Of a DNA stretch of 64,000 nucleotides, positions 57,306 to 64,000 are shown piece by piece. Location: assembly GCA_951406725.2 (NCBI GenBank), contig OX597832.1, positions 13,454,001 through 13,518,000 on the forward strand, given 5' to 3'. The translations under genes and the position numbers were made by a program. The number at the start of each line of letters is the position of its first letter. The first letter of the stretch is position 1. Source of the DNA: Octopus vulgaris (lineage: Eukaryota). The notes beneath the pieces were generated by a model that was given only the letters and a program-made list of their open reading frames with translations, was not told where the DNA came from and searched no databases.

Positions 57306-57477
57306 GTAATCCATCTCAGCATTCACAACACTTTCCCTTTCAAACGAGGAAAACGCGAGTAGTACTATTGCAATGCAGCAAAAATAGTGCAGAAAAACAC
57401 AACACAACAGAAAACGTTGCAATTACATGAATCAAGCGAGCGACTTACGGGAACTCAGAACCTTGATATAATGGCGT
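57306..57477 (-). CDS. Candidate pair of small exons (57477-57449 and 57336-57306), TPLYQGSEFP + ESVVNAEMDY
   Basis: Two GTAAGT donors 143 bp apart on the - strand, each preceded by an AG acceptor; the frames join without a stop. Confidence 0.3.
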
Positions 57478-58395
57478 CTACGACATCAACAGAATATAAG
57501 ACATTTGACTTCACATACATTGCGCATGCGCCTTTATACTTTTTTTGTACAGTTGACTTGCTATCGCACAGGGGTATCAGAATTTTACCACAACACATAC
57601 AAATGATAAGAAGACCTATTTTGGATCTTGTGAAGGTGAATTTAAATATCGCTATGCCAATCACATATACTCCTTCCGATATTGTGACGAAAGTAAGTCT
57701 ACGAAATCGGCAAGCTACGTATGAACTTTAAAAGATAACGGAACACCACATTTGATTAAATGGAAAGTAATTGAAAGTAATCTAACGGCGGTGCATCAGC
57801 ATGGCCGCAGCTCTGAGCTGAAACTAGAGAAAAAAATCCATAATTTATGTGAATGGGTAGAATAAATATAGGCTTTGTTTAGCTGAAAGAACGGAGATCC
57901 TGTTTAGATCTACGATCCCTACCGCTTTATTGATCTCTAGGTCAGAAATTTTCAGCGGTCGCGAGCATTTGTATAAATTTATTTTGAAGAATTGGAAAAT
58001 TTCGTGTATTCTTAACTGACTTGATATATTTCCCGATTTATCATTTCAGGTCTTTGGAGGATAGCGGTTTTATCTTTTTACTTTCCAATTTTTTATTTTA
58101 TATCTAACATTATAGTTTTCGAGTCTTTCGTTTTCCGTTTTTCGATTTTTTTAGTTTTAACTTTCTGCCTCTTCTATATCTTGCCTTCTCAACATTTTCG
58201 AATTTCTTGTAGTATTCATTTATTCTAGTTCGTTATGATATGCACATTGCGCCTGAAAATATGCTTGAGTATATCTCAACATATGAAACCATTACTAGCG
58301 ATTAAATACATGTGTTGTGCCCTGTAATTAAATACAATTTATCTCTCTCTAGGTGGAGTACATATTTTGTTGAAATTTCTATCACAGAGCAGTAC

Positions 58396-58435
<40 letters not shown>

Positions 58436-58623
58436 TAAGAAAGTTTGTTTGGTAAAGCACGTGGGTGAATATATAAGAAAATAGTAAAGTGTGAAAAAAC
58501 GACAGAAGGCTTAAATGTTAAAAAATATATATATTTGTGTCAAAATGTCTGGAGAATATTGGAAAAATTTTTTTTTTTTTTTTTTTTCCCTTTCCTTAAA
58601 ATGACATAATTTTAAAATTTTTA

Positions 58624-58663
58624 AAGAAATTACCGGTTTCGCGTGTAGCTTTTCAAATTTCTT
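58624..58663 (-). ncRNA. Minimal type-I hammerhead ribozyme (U3-A8 core), inverted copy
   Basis: Exact reverse complement of 62552-62591. Confidence 0.85.
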
Positions 58664-58798
58664 GTGACGTTATGTTTATATTGCATGGAATTATCGTTGT
58701 TTTTATTTCCAGGAGATTTCTAAATAAGGGGAGGTAGTGAGTGATTTTTCCGGTGTAGGGGAAATAATCGCTTAAAATTTTTTTTTCCCTTTTCCTTG

Positions 58799-59527
58799 TT
58801 AATTTCTCTGTGTCAGTATGTTCGGATGGTTGAGTCTGGGTTTGTACTTTTCAATGAAGAATGTTTCCTTGTTCAGTCTCATTTGTGTTGATGATCCGAA
58901 AGCACATTGGTAAAATGGGAAGATTAAAAATTGTGGCAGTAGTTGCTTTACGCATTTCTCAATGTGCTCACTAAAAGGTATCATTCTATATTCTGGGAAT
59001 GCAATCTGTTGTCGATGCAGTGTGCATCTGCGCCTGAGTGATAGTCCCGTGGAACCCACGTAGTCTTGGTGGCAGCCCGAGCATTTAATAACATAAATTA
59101 TGTTTTCAGAGGCACAAGTAAAGTTAGATTTGATCTTAAATTTCTGTCCCTCTTTAAAGAAGAATTCTGATCCTTCCAATAGGTTAGGACATGTTGCACA
59201 GTTCGATCTACCACATTTTTTTACTTTTGCATCCGTAATTTTAGAAGACAATTTTGCCTTTGTGAGAATCTTTTTAAGTGATTTAGGCTGTTTGTAGCTT
59301 TTAATGATTTGGTGTATGTTTAGAATTTCCTTTAATTTTGGGTTTTTATGAAGTATTGGTAAATTCTGGGTGATGATGGTGAAGGCTTCTTTGTTTCTGG
59401 GATTGTATGTAGATATGTAAGGTAGTATTTTCGGGGAAGGTGTGTTGTTGTGTTGAACTTTTCTTAAAGTTTCTATGTTGATTTCTGTTGCACGTCTGAT
59501 CCCATCCTCTATGAGTTGAGCTGGGTA
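58799..59527 (-). pseudogene. Inverted duplicate of the PLE thumb/linker plus GIY-YIG endonuclease
   Basis: YPAQLIEDG...ILTQRN is identical to the + copy except KCVKQ vs KCAKQ; the first residues of the listed 272-aa ORF are antisense of ORF1. Confidence 0.9.
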
Positions 59528-59528
59528 C

Positions 59529-60155
59529 AAAAATGAATTGGGTACAAATAATCCCTTCCTTAAGAAAATTACAATAAATAAAAAAGAAAAACCTAACAAC
59601 CCACGAACAACCCCCAACTATCCTCCATACACTAAAAACAGAAATCACCCACAACCAACCTTTACAAACCACGCTAGAACTAACAGGCAACTAGCTGAAA
59701 GAGGACGCGTCTATGAAAGAAATTACACCAAAAACAGAACAAACCAACAACATCCTAATACCAGACCCAACCACCATACAGCACAATACGACACTAGGAT
59801 AAGAAATACACCACACACAAATCACTACTACCCCATGAACCAAAACTACTGGTCCCCACTAAACACAAGACAAACGCAAAGAAACACTATGTCAAGCAAC
59901 ATCCCACATACAAGAAGTTCGAAACAAAAATATTCCCCATACAGAAATTTTACACACACCACAAGCATTAACAACCATAGATTCCCACACACACACAACG
60001 ATCGGAGGCAACAATACCACCACTCCCCCGACCAAATACCACACAACCTCACAGACAACTCATACAAACAAAATTACACCCAACATTTTTTAGCCAGGGA
60101 CCAGGGACACCAGGACACAGGCTGGAACCTAGTAATAAGGAAAAACCGAAGATAA
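59529..60155 (+). CDS. PLE upstream ORF (5'-truncated, N/T/H/R-rich, low complexity)
   Basis: More than 200 open codons in A/C-rich sequence, overlapping the RT frame in a -1 relation. Confidence 0.65.
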   Translation, partial: KNELGTNNPFLKKITINKKEKPNNPRTTPNYPPYTKNRNHPQPTFTNHARTNRQLAERGRVYERNYTKNRTNQQHPNTRPNHHTAQYDTRIRNTPHTNHYYPMNQNYWSPLNTRQTQRNTMSSNIPHTRSSKQKYSPYRNFTHTTSINNHRFPHTHNDRRQQYHHSPDQIPHNLTDNSYKQNYTQHFLARDQGHQDTGWNLVIRKNRR

Positions 60156-62416
60156 TCAATCTTTCAACCAAACCTCTTTCTAACATAAAAATTGACATCC
60201 TCGCAAAAGGGCTCAAATTTACACCAACTCCACGCAGAGCAAACCTAAATGAACTCAAGGATAATATAACAGAATTTTGCAGAAAATTAAGACTAGCAGA
60301 AGCATCAAACAGTTTCAATACTGAAGATGAATCACTAGTCAAGAACAAAAGTGAACACATCCCACACAGAGGAAGAAATAAAGATCTTGACGAATTCTGT
60401 AACCACATTGAGAACTTCCCCTACCATACTATACATAAATAGAAAGCTAACCCAAATTTTAACACTACACAATGGAAAGAACTGATAGAACTCCAAAATG
60501 ATGAAGATATAACCATTAAGGAAGCGGACAAGGGAAATGCAGTTGTAATAATGGATACATCATACTACAGAAATCTTGTAATTTCCTTGCTTGATGAAGA
60601 CCTACATTATGAAAAAATTACCAACTACACCCCACAAAAAATAATGAAAACTCTATCTTCACTAATTAAAACCCATGAAAAGGAACTGACAACCAAAGAG
60701 ATTGATTTCCTAACAAACTTTAAATGCAAACCTAGCCTTTTCTATGGTCTGCCAAAAATTCATAAAAGTCAAATTATAAATGAAACCATTAAAAAATCAC
60801 CAAAGACATACATACACACACCTAATCCGGGGGACCTAAAACTACGACCCATTGTAGCTGGCCCAACCTGTGAAACACACAGACTAAGTCTACTTATGGA
60901 CATCCTCTTGAAACCCTTCCTTAAACATATCGATAGCCATATCAGAGATGACTTAGATATGTTAAACCACCTTCCAAAAAAAACCAAGGAAGAAACAATC
61001 CTGGTTTCATTTGATGTAGTCAACTTGTATACCAGTATACCTCATAATTATGGACTGGAGTCAATACAATTCTGGTTAGACCAATTTCCGGAAGAAATAC
61101 CAAAAAGGATCAGTAAGGAATTCATTACTAAATCAATTGAATTCATCCTACACAATAACCACTTCATGTTTGACAATACATTTTACCGTCAAAAATCCGG
61201 AATTGCTATGGGTACAAGGGCAGCACCAGTCATTGCGAACTTAACAATGGGATACATGGAAATAATCATTTACCAGGAATCTCTATCAATCTTTGGAAAC
61301 TCCCTCTCTCAATACATAAAAGAGAATTGGAAACGATTCCTAGACGATTGTTTCATTCTCTGGAATGAAAACATAGATAAACTCCTAAAATTTAAAAACC
61401 TATTGAACAGCATAAACCCAAATATACAGTTCACAATGGAATACAACCAAAAGGAGCTCCCGTTCTTGGATATACTAATTAAAAAAATTAACCTTAAAAT
61501 AGAAACAGACATTTTTTACAAAGCCACAGACGCCAAACAATAACTTCTTTTTAATTCATGCCACCCAAGACACACTAAAACAAACATCCCCTTCAACCTT
61601 GCAAGGAGGATATGCACAATAGTGTCAGAACAAAATACCAGGAACTTTAGACTGCAAGAACTCAAAAACACCCTAATTGACAGACATTACCCAGCTCAAC
61701 TCATAGAGGATGGGATCAGACGTGCAACAGAAATCAACATAGAAACTTTAAGAAAAGTTCAACACAACAACACACCTTCCCCGAAAATACTACCTTACAT
61801 ATCTACATACAACCCCAGAAACAAAGAAGCCTTCACCATCATCACCCAGAATTTACCAATACTTCATAAAAACCCAAAATTAAAGGAAATTCTAAACATA
61901 CACCAAATCATTAAAAGCTACAAACAGCCTAAATCACTTAAAAAGATTCTCACAAAGGCAAAATTGTCTTCTAAAATTACGGATGCAAAAGTAAAAAAAT
62001 GTGGTAGATCGAACTGTGCAACATGTCCTAACCTATTGGAAGGATCAGAATTCTTCTTTAAAGAGGGACAGAAATTTAAGATCAAATCTAACTTTACTTG
62101 TGCCTCTGAAAACATAATTTATGTTATTAAATGCTCGGGCTGCCACCAAGACTACGTGGGTTCCACGGGACTATCACTCAGGCGCAGATGCACACTGCAT
62201 CGACAACAGATTGCATTCCCAGAATATAGAATGATACCTTTTAGTGAGCACATTGAGAAATGCGCAAAGCAACTACTGCCACAATTTTTAATCTTCCCAT
62301 TTTACCAATGTGCTTTCGGATCATCAACACAAATGAGACTGAACAAGGAAACATTCTTCATTGAAAAGTACAAACCCAGACTCAACCATCCGAACATACT
62401 GACACAGAGAAATTAA
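60089..62416 (+). pseudogene. PLE reverse transcriptase-GIY-YIG endonuclease ORF with two nonsense codons (TAG 60440-60442, TAA 61541-61543)
   Basis: Single frame: IINLS..KGLKFTPTP, IKEADKGNAVV, FYGLPKIHK, LRPIVAG, SFDVVNLYTSIP, GIAMGTRAAP, WKRFLDDCF, LPFLD, CGRSNCATC linker, NIIYVIKCSGCHQDYVGST (GIY-YIG). Confidence 0.95.
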
Positions 62417-62551
62417 CAAGGAAAAGGGAAAAAAAATTTTTAAGCGATTATTTCCCCTACACCGGAAAAATCACTCACTACCTCCCCTTATTTAGAAATC
62501 TCCTGGAAATAAAAACAACGATAATTCCATGCAATATAAACATAACATCAC

Positions 62552-62591
62552 AAGAAATTTGAAAAGCTACACGCGAAACCGGTAATTTCTT
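62552..62591 (+). ncRNA. Minimal type-I hammerhead ribozyme (U3-A8 core) in the PLE 3' UTR/pLTR
   Basis: AAGAAAT-TTGAAAA-GC-TACAC-GC-GAAA-CCGG-TA-ATTTCTT: 7-bp stem I, 2-bp stem II, palindromic stem III, GUA triplet. Confidence 0.85.
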
Positions 62592-62726
62592 TAAAAATTT
62601 TAAAATTATGTCATTTTAAGGAAAGGGAAAAAAAAAATTTTCCAATATTCTCCAGACATTTTGACACAAATATATATATTTTTTAACATTTAAGCCTTCT
62701 GTCGTTTTTTCACACTTTACTATTTT

Positions 62727-63022
<296 letters not shown>

Positions 63023-64000
63023 AATCCTTCGTAATGTTTTGATAGTTTGATAAATGTCACACAGTTGGAGCACGACCGGGTGAGCGAGCTGAATCCGACA
63101 AAACCTTTTTTCAACTTGTGGTCTTGCATATTTGTGCAAGAATAACAAACACATGTGACTGACCTATGTTGTGCTCCTTTTCTACAAATATTTCCGCCAT
63201 GCTTCCAACTGACGTCAATACTTCTCAGCACGAGTTGTTTCGTTTCGTTTTAATATAACGTGATAGACGTCACTTTTCCCATCTAACCAAATATAGAGCA
63301 TAACTTTTTTAGTTTTATTCCTTTTTCAAGGATGGGCTATCTCTTATCATTACGTGCCAAACAATGTCTTCTTCGTTGGATATCATGTATATAGCACAAT
63401 ATAAATATTTTTTGAGATGATTCTAACCAGTTGAAAGGGCAAAATAATCAGAAAAGAAAGAAAAAATGATTAGGATGTACGAAATATTGATAAAGTATTC
63501 TCAAACTGATCATGTCAGAAACGCGATAGTAATTTTTCCAGCCTAAAACACACATATATACATGCATGTATACACACAAACATACATACATACATACACA
63601 GCCATTCACCCCATTCACACACATATATATCCGCGTATGTGTGTATGGGTGAAAATCTCTTCGTACCAAAGGTGCGACATTATACTCATCGAAGGTTACC
63701 CAGATATGAAATATATTGCCATCTGGTTGTTTATATAACCTTATAAAATTTTACACTTGTCATGTTTTTATCTAGACTCCTTTACTTGATCAGTTGCACG
63801 TGGCATAACCCTCACTATATTACAGCAAATACGCTCAACTTCAAGGCCAGATTTTATAATGTCTCACCCATGTTTTTTCTTTTTAAATGCTTTACTTCAG
63901 CAATATTTTTGAATGAATTGTATTTTACACTAATACTGTTTCTTTAATGCATATTCTGATATTGATCTCTGAATCCTCATACTTTACTCCTGTTTCTGAT

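Noticed and set aside
58250-58300. HHR-like CGC-CTGAAAA-stem-GAAA...TA-GCG
   Set aside because: The C3-A8 core is unpaired and stem III cannot form; at best an ancient relic, so it is not listed as a feature.
60440-61543. In-frame stops in the PLE ORF as possible selenocysteine or read-through recoding (known for some Naiad PLEs)
   Set aside because: The stops are TAG and TAA, not TGA, and each is one substitution from a plausible sense codon (CAG; TAY in KQYLLF).

Overview
AT-rich, microsatellite-saturated eukaryotic DNA. The tRNA-derived SINE repertoire and the dense (TA)n/(CA)n/(ATT)n tracts resemble octopus (cephalopod) genomes; this assignment is inference. Nearly all listed ORFs are artefacts of simple repeats. 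The only substantial coding sequence is a young Penelope-like retroelement (PLE, about 58.4-62.7 kb) embedded in (TA)n. It has RT and GIY-YIG domains, two point nonsense codons, and a ~1.05 kb inverted copy of its 3' end placed upstream. Its RT frame has no start codon and is entered from an overlapping upstream ORF at an in-phase U UUU UUA heptamer, a candidate -1 frameshift. Its 3' UTR carries a minimal type-I hammerhead ribozyme (HHR) with a compensatory U3-A8 core. Manual reading finds about 11-12 HHR-like motifs across the window, mostly in short islands flanked by (TA)n, including a three-ribozyme foldback at 18.2-18.8 kb. The rest consists of three SINE families, non-autonomous Helitrons (one nested stack at 50-53.6 kb), and decayed mariner/Tc1, RTE and REL-type LINE relics. 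A speculative chain of phase-compatible micro-exons (+ strand, 17.7-39.9 kb) and an exon pair (- strand, 57.3-57.5 kb) may belong to host genes. All coordinates were read by eye and no searches were run.
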